Shown here: one piece after another, positions 11,394 through 24,394 of the stretch | Layout of the letters: each line of letters starts with the position of its first letter | How positions within the stretch are numbered: position 1 is the first letter of the stretch | Source: Hydrolagus colliei | Taxonomy: Eukaryota | Direction: 5' to 3' | Assembly (NCBI GenBank): GCA_035084275.1 | Contig: CM068745.1 | Coordinates: 41,788,001-41,852,000 of the forward strand | Length of the DNA: 64,000 bases | Program-made: the position numbers and the translations under genes | Notes under the pieces: generated by a model | What the model was told of the DNA's origin: nothing | The model's input: the letters and a program-made list of their open reading frames with translations, nothing else | Database searches by the model: none

Positions 11394-12541
11394 AAACATG
11401 GGGTAAATTTCCACATGTATGCGGATGACACCCAACTGTACCTTTCCGCCTCATCCCTCAACCCCCAGACCATTGATGTTCTGACAGCATGTCTGTCCGA
11501 CATCGAGTCCTGGATGAGGGACAACTTCCTTCAATTGAACGTGAGCAAGACCGAGGCCCTCCTGATTGGCTCAAGCCAGCGCCTCCACACATCGGGCGCT
11601 GCCAGCCTCAACATCCAAGGCGATACTCTCCACCTCACAAAGCCAGTCAGGAACCTCGGCATCACGTTCGACCATAAACTTTCCTTCCTCCCCCACATCC
11701 GTGCCTTGACTGGCACCGCTTATTTCCACTTGCGCAACATTGCCAGGCTCCGCAATTATCTCACCCCACATGCTGCCGACACACTCGTGCGTGCAGCATA
11801 CATCACCTCACGGCTGGACTACGGAAACTCTCTCCTCGTCGGCCTCCCCAGCTCCTCCATTCACAGGCTGCAGGCCATCCAAAACTCTGCAGCCCGTGTA
11901 CTATCCCGCACCCGCCTCCATGACCACATAACCCCCACCCTCGCCCGTCTCCACTGGCTCCCCATCCTCCAGAGGATCAAGTTCAAGATCCTCGTCCTCA
12001 CCTTCAAGGCCTTACACGGCCTTGCCCCGCCTTATCTATCCGACTTACTCACCCCCTATAAGCCCACCCGGACCCTCCGTTCAGCAGGACTTGGCCTGCT
12101 CCAAGCCCCCCCGCCCGAACCTCCCCACCATCGGAGGCCGGGCCTTCAGTTTCTCTGCTCCCACCCTATGGAATTCCATCCCCCAATCCCTCTGCCTTGT
12201 TTCCTCCCTTTCCTCTTTCAAGGCCGGTTTGAAGAATTTCCTCTTCGACCGTGCCTTTTGTTCCCCACCGAACTTTTCAACCTCCACCTTACGGAATGCC
12301 ATCCCTCAATCCCTCCGTTTTGCCTCTTCCCTTTCCTCTTTCAAGGCCGATTTGAAGACTTTCCTCTTCGATCGTGCCTTTTGTTCCACCCCGAACTCTT
12401 TTACCTCCCCTTCGTGTTTCACCCCTTCCCAAACACTCTCCTCCCAGCTCGGGTCACACGCCTCTTGTTCAGCGCCTTGGGACGTCCTCCCGACGTGAAA
12501 GGCGCTCTATAAATGTAAATTGTTGTTGTTGTTGTTGTTGT
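11394..12541 (+). mobile_element. L2-clade LINE 3' fragment with internal ~123-bp duplication
   Basis: ORF begins [11 protein letters not shown], followed by the 3' stem-loop and (GTT)n tail. Confidence 0.95.
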
Positions 12542-14360
12542 TTACTTTCCAAATTGTTTCAAGAACAAATCAGATAGATTTCTGCTAGAAAATAATATTG
12601 AGTGAACAGTACTGTATATAGTTTGGGACATGACATGTCAAGCTACTGCCAGGTTGGTGGAAGGCTAATTGGATACACCTTGATGTTATTTCACATAGCA
12701 AATTCTTATGTTCTTATGTGACATTGCCAGAGTGTAGCAGAAATTTCAGCCACAGAGCAAACCAGTTCTTCCTGCTGTACCTTTGCCAACTACCAAGCCA
12801 GTTACTAAGCAACTGCCAGCTATGCAATGAAAGGTCATGAACTGCTGCCTTGACAAGCAAGTGAGGAAGTTGCTAAGCTGTATTATGCAATTATTTAACA
12901 TCAACTGGAGGCCTTGCTGGAGCAACAATGTCTACACCATGAACAAACAAAACACTGCTATATTTTACATTCGATTAAAAGACAGCTCTTTAACACCAAT
13001 GAAACAAAACCTCTGATATCATTTATTTTTCAACAGTTCCTCCACTTGCAGGCCAAGAGGCACCCAACACTGCAAACTGACAATACCAACATAGTGTGCA
13101 TTTACTATCCAACAACTTTCACTCAAATCGTCCATGACTACTGTATATGCAATTCACAGAAATGTTGGAATTGTAGCATTGCTTTGGAATATTTATAGGA
13201 ATATATGCTTTGTGGAGGACAAGCAGTTGAACACTTTAATTTCATGTTTCGCAAACTCTCTAATTCACAATGTAGTAGGTTCTCAGGTCCACTACTATCT
13301 AATGCTCCTTTCATAAAGTATGGCTCACATAGAACTCAGCTCCATGTACCACACAATCTGCAGCTGCTCTCAGTACTAAATGTAACTGTACCACAATTTT
13401 GAGCCCCTGATCAGAAGGCTTCTCAATAACCCCTCTCCCGCCCTGCCCCCTACACATATATCCCCATCACATCCCACATCAGGAACACCATTGCTTATTT
13501 TATGCATATGTTATTCCAAGTACTGTACTCAGGAAGACTTTCTATTCAATAATTCGCCATTGAGGAGCTATGTGATGTGCATAACAACAACTTATTAAAA
13601 TGCACATTCTCACCTCTTTGTAAGATTGCATACTATCAAACTGATAAAGAGCTCACATGATTAATAAGGATATCTTGGCAGTTCTGAAGCAATGATTTTC
13701 TGGTTCACTTGGGAGGAGCACTCCAGTATTACACCTATAAACTCAAGGGTTTTATTGTTTATCACATTTCGCTCAACATAGTAATATTTGTGGTATGACG
13801 TTCGTAATCAATACAAGGAATGAATGGGTTAAGAAATTCTTCAACTTACTGTTTCTTAATTAGGCCCACCCTCACTAATGCTTGTTTGTGAAGAGCATAA
13901 TTTAGGTTACAGTGCTGTGTATTCACATGCCAACACTGCAAACTGACAGTGCATGGCAACTTATCCACATCGGAATGCAAAATTAGAGGGAGAGAAAGAG
14001 GGGTTGGCACAATGTGGTACAGTTCTACAGTGACAGAGTAACTAATGCATTGATCTTTTAGTGAGCAGTCAATTGTTTAGCCACAAACACACATGGCCCA
14101 TGGAATCCAATGTCTCATAGTGTGCAACAATGGTGTCTAATCATGTCCAATCCCTTTACATTTGTTTAGTTCTTTTGTACACCAACATTTTGACACATGA
14201 TGATGAAATAGGGTGTAGCCTGAGGCCATTCCACGCAAACTCACATTTTGATTGTCGAATCATATTTTTGAATTCACCCATCCAATCATCATTTCACACA
14301 TTTGAGGCCCCAAGGCTATTAAGGTTTTAATCTCAGTAATTTGGATTTCCTCTGATACCA

Positions 14361-15365
14361 TGAACAACAGCAACAAAATTATATTTGTATAGTGCCTTTC
14401 ACGTAATCTGGAGGACATTTCAAGGCGCTGGACATTCAGTGTTTCTGACCCGAGCTGGTGTTGGGTTCGAGGTAAGTAGAGGGAAAGGAGGGGAGGTAGG
14501 GTGAATGATGGGAACGTTGAAGAGAAGTATGGAACTCTGGAAATTGATGCTGCCAATGCCTGATGTGTGAAGGCTCTGGCGCGAGCCAATCAGAAGCGCC
14601 TCGGTCTTGTTCATGTTTAACTCTAGAAGGTTAGCTCTCATCTAGGACTTGATGTCTGATAGGCAGCAGGACAACAGTGGTCCTGGAATTGAGGGTAGAG
14701 GCAGAAAGATGGAGTTGGGTGTCATCCACATACATGTGGACGTTGAACCTGTGTCTGCGGATGATTTTACCAAGGGGGAACATATAGATATTGAAAAGTA
14801 GTGAGCCAAGGACAGAGCCTTAGGGGATACCACCGGTGACAGTGTTAGGGCTGGATGAGAAGCTGTTGGTGGAGACAAAGTGGACACCGTGAGAGAGATA
14901 AGAGTCGCATCCAGGCAAGGGCAGCTCCATGAAAGTTGAGCTGGGAGGAGAGGCGGTGAAGGAGGATAGATTGATCGATAGTGTTGACATCAGTGAGGTC
15001 AAGGAGGACAAATAAGCATAGAGAACCTGGATCACGGATGGTTAAAATGTCATTAGAGACTTTGACCAGGGCTGTCTCCGTGCTATGGGCAGCATGGAAG
15101 CCGGATTGGAGGGGTTCAAAGAGGGAATGGTGAGAAAGAAAGGAGTGAATCTGCAAAGTAACAACTCTTTCCAGTTCCTTGGAAAGGAATAGTAGGTTGG
15201 AGATGGGGCGATAACTGGAGAGTAGGAATGGGTCCAGGGAAAGTTTTTTTTAGGTGGATGAAGGGTGGATCACGAGGGAGAGGTAATGGGGGTTAGCAGT
15301 AGATTGGGTAGAGGTGGCTCATCGGATCCCCTCAATATTAGATTTGAGGAAGTCCAGCATCTCTT
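14361..15365 (-). mobile_element. Degraded L2 fragments
   Basis: Decayed RT motifs (LQSGF...STETALVKVSNDIL, NKTEALLIGS). Confidence 0.8.
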
Positions 15366-15709
15366 CATAAATACCAAGTGTGAAGAATTCAATTAAACAG
15401 TTAATTGTCCTTCCTTGACACCTTCACATCATAAAATCCTTTCAAGATCTCATCTAAGCCGATTGCAAGGTACCAAGCGTTCAATTAATCAGGACAATGT
15501 TAGGCTAGCTCAAAGCCACACATTTCTGAGCATGAATGTTGACTAATGGGTCTTCTCCTTAGAGTTGAGTCTTTTGTATCAACACAATGCTTGAGATAGA
15601 CAGTTTGATACCATTCTTCCAAACAAGGAAATTAATAACACCTATCCATCAAGGCTTCATCAAACTTATCCCAGAACCTAAAAACACAGGCCTCACTCCA
15701 TTTGGTTCT

Positions 15710-18632
15710 ACAACAACAACAACAACAAATTACATTTATAGAGCGCCTTTCACGTCGGGAGGACGTCCCAAGGCGCTGCACAGGAGGCGTGTGACCCGAG
15801 CTGAGAGGGGAGTGTTTGGGAAGGGGTGAAACACGAAGGGGAGATAAAAGAGTTTGGGGTGGAACAAAAGGCACGATCGAAGAGGAAAGTCTTCAAAACG
15901 GCCTTGAAAGAGGAAAGGGAAGAAACAAAACGGAGGGATTGAGGGATGGCATTCCATAGGGTGGGAGCGGAGAAACTGAAGGGCCGGCCTCCGATGGTGG
16001 GGCTTTTCGGGCGGGGGGCTTGGAGCAGGCCGAGTCCTGTTGAACGGAGGGTCCGGGTGGGCATGTAGGGGGAGAGTAGATCGGTTAAATAGGGCGGGGC
16101 AAGGCCGTGTAAGGCCTTGTAGGTGAGGACGAGGATCTTGAACTCGATCCTCTGGAGGATGGGGAGCCAGTGGAGACGGGCGAGGGTGGGGGTTATGTGG
16201 TCGCGGAGGCGGGTGCAGGATAGTACACGGGCTGCAGAGTTTTGGATCACCTGCAGCCTGTGAATGGAGGAACTGGGGAGGCCGATGAGGAGAGAGTTTC
16301 CGTAGTCCAGCCGTGAGGTGATGTATGCGTGCACGAGTGTTTCGGCAGCGCGGGGGGTAAGATAGTTGCGGAGCCTGGCAATGTTGCGCAGGTGGAAATA
16401 AGCGGTGCCGGTAAAGGCGCGGATGTGCGGGAGGAAGGAAAGTTTTTGATTGAACATGATGCCGAGTTTCCTGACTGGCTTTGTGAAGTGGAGAGTGCAG
16501 CCTTGGATATTGAGGCTGGCAGCGCCCGATGTGCGGAGGCGCTGGCTTGAGCCAATCAGGAGGGCCTCGGTCTTACTCACGTTCAATTGCAAAATGTTGT
16601 CCCTCGTCCAGGACTCGATGTCGGACAGACATGCTGTCAGAACATCGATCGTCTGGGGGTTGAGGGATGAGGCAGAAAGGTACAACTGGGTGTCGTCCGC
16701 ATACATGTGGAAATTTACCCCATGTTTGCGGATGACGTCGCCCAGAGGGAGCGTGTAAAGGGTGAAAAGGAGGGGGCCAAGGACAGAGCACTGAGGGACG
16801 CCGTGAGAAACTGTGCAGGGGTTTGAAGAAAAACCGTTAGAAGAAACAAAATGTAAACGGTGGGTCAAATAAGAATGGAACCAGTCAAGGACTGTGCCTT
16901 GAAGGTTGAGGTGGGAGGAAAGACGTTGAAGGAGGATGGTGTGATCGACTGTGTCGAACGCAGCAGACAGGTCAAGGAGAACGAGGAGGCAGAGGGAGCC
17001 CTGGTCACAGGTGGTTAGGATGTCATTTATGACCTTTACCAGGGCAGTTTCTGTGCTGTGGATAGGGCGGAAACCTGATTGGAGGGGTTGAAAAAGTGAT
17101 TGAGTTGAAAGGAAAGAGCGGAGCTGGGAGGCAACCACTCTTTCAAGGACCTTGGATAGAAACGGGAGGTTGGAGATGGGTCGATAACTTGATGGTTGCG
17201 ACTCATCAAGGGAGGGTTTCTTCAGGATAGGGGTGATGGTGGCTGTTTTAAGGGAGGTAGGGATGGTGCCTGAGGAGAGGGAAAGGTTAATGGTGTCAGA
17301 AATGAGCGGGGCTAACAAATGGAGCTGGGTGCGGAGGAGGGGGGTGGGGATGGGGTCCAATGAGCACGTGGTGGGTTTCATGGAGGTAATTGTTTTTGTG
17401 ACTGAAAGCGGGGTGGTGGGGTTGAAAGTGTGAAATGGGGGGTGAGTAGGGGTTGAGGTAGCTGATGAGGGCGCGGAGGTGGAGGAGTGGTGGGGGGAGG
17501 AAACCGCAGAACGGATTTTCTCAATTTTGGACTCGAGGAAGTCCAGCATCTCCTCACAACGAACGTTTGAGGAGAGGATCTGCGAGGTGAGGCGGGGGGG
17601 GCGGAGGAGCTGGTTGGTGGTGGCGAAGAGGAGGCGGTGGTTGTCCTTCGCTTCCAGGATTATCCTGGAGTAGAAGGCTGATTTGGCGGTGGCTAGGGCA
17701 GAGCAGTAAAATTTGATGCGGTCCAGCCAGATTTGCCGGTGGACCGTGAGGCCAGATTTGAGCCAGGTGCGTTCAACTGCTCTCACTTGGCTTTTGAGGG
17801 AACGGAGATGAGTTGTGTGCCACGGTGATGATCGGGAATGGGAGACGGTTTTGGAGGTGAGGGGGGGCCAGGGTGTCGAGGGTAGTGGAGAGGGTGTTTT
17901 GGAGGGCGGTGGAGGCAGAGGATGGGATCGGTACAAAAAGAATGCCATTGTGGGAAGAGGTCGGAGTTTTCTTGGGCAGAGGTGAAAGTTTGAGGGGGAA
18001 TCTTCTTCCAGGGCCGGTAGAAGATGGTGGTGGGTTTGGAGGTGGAGGGGGGAGGGATAGAGGTGTTGCAGGAAATGAAAAAATGGCCTTGTCTGTGATG
18101 GTGACGCCAGAGACGTTGAGGCCTCGGGTGATCACCAGATCGAGAGGATGGCCGTGGGTGTAGGTGGTAGTGTTAATATGAAGGGAGAAGTTGAAAGACG
18201 AAAGTAAAGAGGAAAATTCAGAGGAAATGGGGCAGGAGGGGGTGAAATGGAGGTTGAAATCGCCAAGAATAATAAGGCGATCAGAGGAGGCACAAAGGGA
18301 AGTTAAAAGTGAAGAAAAATCTGAAATGAAATTTCAGGGTTTGGGGGGGCGATAAACTAATAGGATTTTGAAAGAATTGTGGGAGGAGTGAGAGAGGGTG
18401 AGCTGTTCAAAAGAGGGGAAGGAGCCGGAAAAATAGGGGGATAGGGCGAGTGATGACTTTGAAATGAGGGCCACACCACCGCCACGACGGTTGGGTCGAG
18501 GAGCATGGTGGGATGTGTAGTTGGGTGGTGTGGCTTCAACAAGGGGGAAAGTGTCGCCTGGGGTGATCCAAGTCTCCGTCAGGGCCATGATGTCAACGTT
18601 CTCATCAAGGATGAGATCGTTGATGGCCAGGT
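15710..18632 (-). mobile_element. L2-clade LINE, 5'-truncated, most of ORF2 (APE endonuclease plus RT)
   Basis: 732-aa ORF 15750-17948 with YRPISNL, LLDLSAAFDTVDH, GVPQ and YADD. Upstream fragments carry IMALTETW and LLVYRPP in shifted frames. (GTT)n tail at ~15710-15728. Confidence 0.95.
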
Positions 18633-20794
18633 TCAAATTCTCGCTCTCACATTGCTTAAGTTCAATAAAGATTGTCTCAGTTCTGTTTCATACATTTAGG
18701 AGTTTCAAACAATAATTTTAATAAGGATTTTAAGCCTCTTCTTACCCATGTGACTGAAGCTGACAAATTTAACACAAAGTTTACTGCCTATTCACAGCAA
18801 TTCCAGTTTTGAACAAAAACTGATTATAGATTGCGTATCATGAATCCTCCAATCAAGATTTACGTCAGTACATTGAGCTCACAATTTAAGATGACACCCT
18901 GATCAGTTTGGGGGATTGTTGGATTGTTGGATGGTGGATGTGCCGTCCTTTGGAATGAGATATCAAACCAAGCTACAGTCTATTATTTAAAAACAGAACA
19001 GTTTCTCCGGGTGTCCTAGCCAACAATCATTCAGATACAAATGATCATTCACTTTATTCACTGGTAGTCCGGCACTAGCCTTGAAAAATATGCAGGCACT
19101 ATGACATGCAGTAAATCCTGTGAAAATCATTGAAACATTCTGATGATGTGTTAAATGTTATGGCAAGAATGAAAGATACTCGGACTTCAAGAACATCATT
19201 ATTATTATTGTTATTGTTAATACAGTATTGGGGGCAAGTTTGTACGTTCATAAATTTTTTAATGGTTATTATTGCCATACGCTAAGTATTAATCCTTTGT
19301 ATGAGACCAAAGTCCCAGGGCACAGTTTGCAAGGAGAAAAGAGTTTCTCTTGGTGTCCTGGCCACAGTTCCCAATAAAATTAACTTCATGGCTGTTTGTT
19401 ATGTTCACCCCAAAACACAGCAGTTCACAGTAAAATGCTGTGAAGGTCTTTGAGACATCTCGATGATGTGATAAGGAGTTGTATCAAATGGAAATGTTTG
19501 CTTATTTGATGGTGGGTGCTGATTGACGATAAAGACAGTATTTGCAATGGTTTGGTGTTTGACACCAAATAAACACTGGGTGGTAGCAAACCAGTCACAG
19601 AGTGATTTTCTGGACCAGCTTTTCTCTCAGATGATCAGCCGACATTTTGAGAATGTTTGGATTACATTCTATTGCATTATATTGTTGCTTGATATACATT
19701 TGATGAAGAAAGGCAAATTCATTTTTGCCATTTAGGGACATAAACTCAAATGGTGAAACAAATAGTCCTTCACTGGATCATGACTAAAAGTTAAATATTA
19801 TATAATAGTATCAAAGTAAACCATGCTCCAGGGGGCTACAATATATATTTTTAAATGCAGTGTGATCAGGATAGGGATTCAATTAAATGGGCCTGAGGGC
19901 TTTATTTATCCAAAGAAGAATGTTGTGAATTTGAAGTTTTCGTCCGGTCATTTGAGAAAGCAGCAGATGGAAGAAACTATTCTGGGAGAGGTATGCTGTC
20001 CTCTCGTGGTCAAGAAATGGTAAAGACTGAACCATTGCAAATTATGTCCTTGAGTTAATTAGCTGTTGTATTCATTACAACACTGTGATAATAATAATTC
20101 TTCAGTTCGATATAGTGCCTTATCATATCTTCTAGCTTTACAGAATATTATGTAGATTGAAAGAAAAGCCAAAAGTCGCTGGGAATACTCAGCAGCACAG
20201 GCAGCAAAATCATGGATTAAGAAAACAATCTTTTTTTTTGAAGGTATTATTATCCCGGAAAAGCAATCCCTCAAGCAATCTGCTAATCCACCTGAGTTAT
20301 TGCCAGGTAAACAGACTAAGGAAATTTGCCTAATGTGTTACCCTGCCTGGCAATCCAAAACCACGATCCTCTTATTTATGAGGCAAATACTCTAACCAAT
20401 ATGCTACAGAACTCCAGTAAATCTATATTTGTTGTTGTATAATTATAATTACATCAAACACTTAAGATGTCACAAATTGTATCCCATTATTGCCAGACTA
20501 CTAAAATAAGCATATAAAAGATCAAGTTGATGGGAGAGGAACAACAACCATTTGAATTACAGAATAATAAGTGGCCAAAACAAGAACTAAAACACGTACC
20601 TAGCAGCTCACCTCGGATTTGACCAATCAGTCTATCATATAGGCTATCACAAGATCACAAGATTGGTTTGAATAAGGAGGGATCTTTGGCCAGTTGATCT
20701 CATTGTTCCAGATTACAGTCCCTCCTTCATAACATAAAGTTATTTTTCAAACAAGTTCAGTGTCCTGACTTCAACCTTTCTGGAAACCTGTTCC

Positions 20795-21088
20795 AATAAT
20801 AATAATAATAATAATAATAATAAACCTTGCATTTGATATAGTGCTTTTCACATCTTCTAGAAGACTCAAAGCACTTCACAGAATATACTCTAAAGTAAAT
20901 TGAACATGTATTTGTGGGCAATATGCAGCTGCCAACTGCACAGTTTAAATTCTTTATTGATTTTTTGAGCAATTATCATCAGGCTTGTGGAGTAAGGAAA
21001 CTTGCCCAAGATATCGTCCTGCCTGGAATCAAACCCAAGTCTCTCGCTTGCAAGGCAAGTGCTCTAACCTCTGAACTACAGGACTCCA
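20795..21088 (-). mobile_element. tRNA-derived SINE, same family
   Basis: Head, body and tail are the reverse complement of 2585-2902. Confidence 0.88.
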
Positions 21089-23039
21089 CAACCATTAATT
21101 TCTTTCCTATTCTTCCTGGTGCAGTATCTGCAAGGATTATAGTCTCTGTCCTGAAAATGCCCTTTGCAACTCTAAATCTTGTGCCTACTGATGTACACCC
21201 TTCAGATTTACACCGAGGCATTTTGAAATATTCAATCCCATTAAGAATTTTATCCACCTCTAGGATATCCGCTCTAAAGCAACTTCTCTCAAGATTGGAG
21301 ACTCCTCAGTTGTCTAATCCAACATGAGGGATCATCCTAATTGCTCTCCTCTGCACTTCGTCCATCGATACTGGAAAGCAGACCAGAAATGTACATTTCC
21401 AACTGTCTGACAAATTGCAAGTTTGAAAATTCGAAACAGTTAAATATAAAAAATGGTGACTATATTCAAAGTAATTAAGGAAAAACTGACATTAAATATA
21501 ATCTTCTCATTAGGAATCAAATTGGATATGGGGAGAAGGGACGGGGGAGATTGTTTCAATCAATCAAGTATTGATTGAAACAATACTTTCAATCAACAAT
21601 CTTATATCATTGACTTAACTCTTTTGACTGGATAATAAGTGGTGTACTATATAACAATTTGCAACTACAAATAAATTCTGGTCGTTTCCTGACAGTTGAA
21701 GGCTTTGGTAACAAACTTGCTCTATCCAAAATGGTACCTGGTTTCACCAACAGTATCCAAAAGTTTAGTCTATCAACAAAAGATTAAAGGAGCAATTTCA
21801 TGCAATGCAGACACAACCTGTCTACTTACAAACAGTTATGCTCACTTCACTTCACCTAATAAGAATTCAGCACATACCTTAACGTAGTTGAGTGAAGATA
21901 TCCAATGCAGTGGTTGGTTCCTAATGAGATGACTATATTTGCATATCACTTTTTGACAATTGCTTTAAAAACAGTCAACTTTTTTTTATAAGTCCAAGTT
22001 CTGACTTACAAGATCCAAATTGCCAAATCAACTGAAGCTGTATGACCTTTGATTCGATCTGATTGTCTGGTGTATTTTTATTTTATTCTTCAGAAAACAA
22101 GACAACATTGTGAGTTTCCATCCTGTCTGATGGTTTGGGAATAAGCCTGCTCTATTCAAACTGGAGTCTAGTTACACAAGTATATTATTTGAAACCTCAT
22201 TCCTATATCAGTGGTTTGGGACGTCCTCACAATGTGAAAGGCACTCTATAAATATAATTTTGTTGTTGTATTTCAATGACAACTTACACTTATATTTTGC
22301 CCTTCACAAAGAAAAAAATGCATGTTGGAGTACTGTAGTTACTTTTGTGTAGTTAATAGGAATGAGGTTTCAGACAATGCGTTGGAAACATAGATAGAAT
22401 TGATGTCTATTGGAAAACAGTCATGTGCTGTTTAGTCGATACTTAAAATAGCTATGTAAAAAAACTCTATTTACTTCAGCCTTATTTGGCCCAAGTATTC
22501 CCTTTCAACACAAAAGCAAAAGATGAATATTTGATGTGGTTGGAAGCTGAACAAATTAAAATCAAGTTGAAGATGTGGAGATCTTGGTTACATTTCTGAA
22601 CTCTACATCCTGTGGTTTATCACTGAATTATACTGAACTATACACATTATTCTGTGGTTTGCTGAATAAGTAAATGTATGCAGCTGAATCAGTGACAGCC
22701 AATTTATTGTTGAATTCAGGTTTAACTTTAAAGATTGTTTACCGCAGTTCGTGAAAGAAATAGGCAGTTTCAAAGCTAGCTTCAAAATTCTAGACTGCAT
22801 TTAAGATTCTGACAAATTCTGTAAGCCCTAAAATACTTTCTTAATAGAATAAATCGACTCAGAATCTAGAATTTCTACTCACAGGATTTCAACCATTTTT
22901 TATTGTTGGGAATAGTGCATATAATTTATATTTCATTTTAACAGTAACACCCTTCCAACGTACAAAATTAGAGAACTTCTCAGCAATTTTGAGCTACTGT
23001 CCAATGGTAGAAATTATATATGATTATTGATATATACCG

Positions 23040-23218
23040 TGTTGTAGGCTTGCAACTCTGCATTGAATTCATTAAATGCTACAAACTTGTGTAGGTCGTA
23101 CTCATGTAATCTTAAAGGTCACATATCTACAACTTCCTCCCCACATTACCATCATGTAACCTAAACAAAGCCATTCTATTCAGAGTGCAGGAAGACACCA
23201 GAAATAGCTTGTAAGTAT
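23040..23218 (+). promoter_or_regulatory. Candidate promoter and non-coding first exon (copy B)
   Basis: Near-identical to 3000-3176. Contains an ETS/PU.1-type AACTTCCTC, CAGGAAG, an AAAGGTCA half-site, and a conserved donor GCTT|gtaagta at 23211. Confidence 0.45.
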
Positions 23219-24101
23219 TTCCCCATAGAAAAATATTTTTTCGTATAACCATTGCTTCACAATTAAAGTTGAGGATTTATAATCTGATGACATTTATGTC
23301 ATTAGACTCTTCTTAATATAACATTCCTCATGTGCAGGATATTGCAACAGTACAACTGAGACCTGTTCGTTTGTTCAGATTCTCAGTGAGATTCTCAGCC
23401 AGGATCAGATAGTTCGATAATACACTTGCCACATAGCCTCTGATATTAATTGCAGCCCATATTATGACTCCAGTGCAGTTTTTTGGGAGGGTTGCAAAGG
23501 TGCATTGTCAGAGATGCCATTCTTCAGATGAGCCATGAGACTACAACAACAAAATTACATTTTTAGAGCGGCTTTCACATCGGGAGGACTAAGTAAGATA
23601 AACTAAGAACTCATGTGCCTCTGCAGGTGGACATTGAATAATCTATGGCACTATTTGAATGGATTAAAAACTTAATTCACGACTGTTTGGGGGTCATTGA
23701 GTGCACAATTTGCTGCCATGTTTCACCCACGAAATATAGTTATTTCACTTTACAATTTATTCTGTGAAGTGCTTTGAGATAATACAAATATATCAAATGT
23801 AAGCATTGTTATTATTTGAAATGAGTGTAATGTTCACATTTATCACAAGCCTTATTAAGAATTTTTAATGTTACATTTACTATAATTAATTGTACTAACT
23901 AATAAACTAACAATTTGTTTGAAAAGAAAAAAGAAAGGAAAATTATTCAGTCTATTTAAATAAATCCAATAAGATTATGAAGTTTTTTTTCTAGAAAGTG
24001 GCTGTAACATGGTTTTTCAGCACAAATTTCCTAGTGTTGCTGAATTATAGTAACAGCTAGTACTGTAAGACTGTACAACTGAAGCTTTTTGTTTTTCACA
24101 G

Positions 24102-24225
24102 TGACCCTGATACATAATCTTCAATCAGTTTTGTGGACATTAAAGCAAAAACAAGATGAAGACAATACTGCTGGTGACCTGTTGCTGCTATCGCTGTATA
24201 TTTCACAAGTTATTGGACTAGGCTG
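24102..24225 (+). CDS. Candidate leader (signal peptide) exon of copy B, frame-disrupted as assembled
   Basis: Acceptor tttttgtttttcacag, donor CTG|gtaagg. ATG at 24156 gives MKTILLVT and runs to TAG 24219. The adjacent frame gives LLLLSLYISQVIGLG, so one extra base would produce a typical signal peptide. Confidence 0.5.
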
Positions 24226-24394
24226 GTAAGGAAATCCAGGAAGGCAAAAACATATGAATATATCGATCTAGACAAACCAGAACTGAAACTAAAGTAAAAA
24301 TGCGCAAGGTCAGTTTATTGTGAGAATACCAACCTGACAACCAGAGATTTTGGAAGGAAGCGAGTCAATTTATAAGCTTCTCTTCTAGCCCCCG

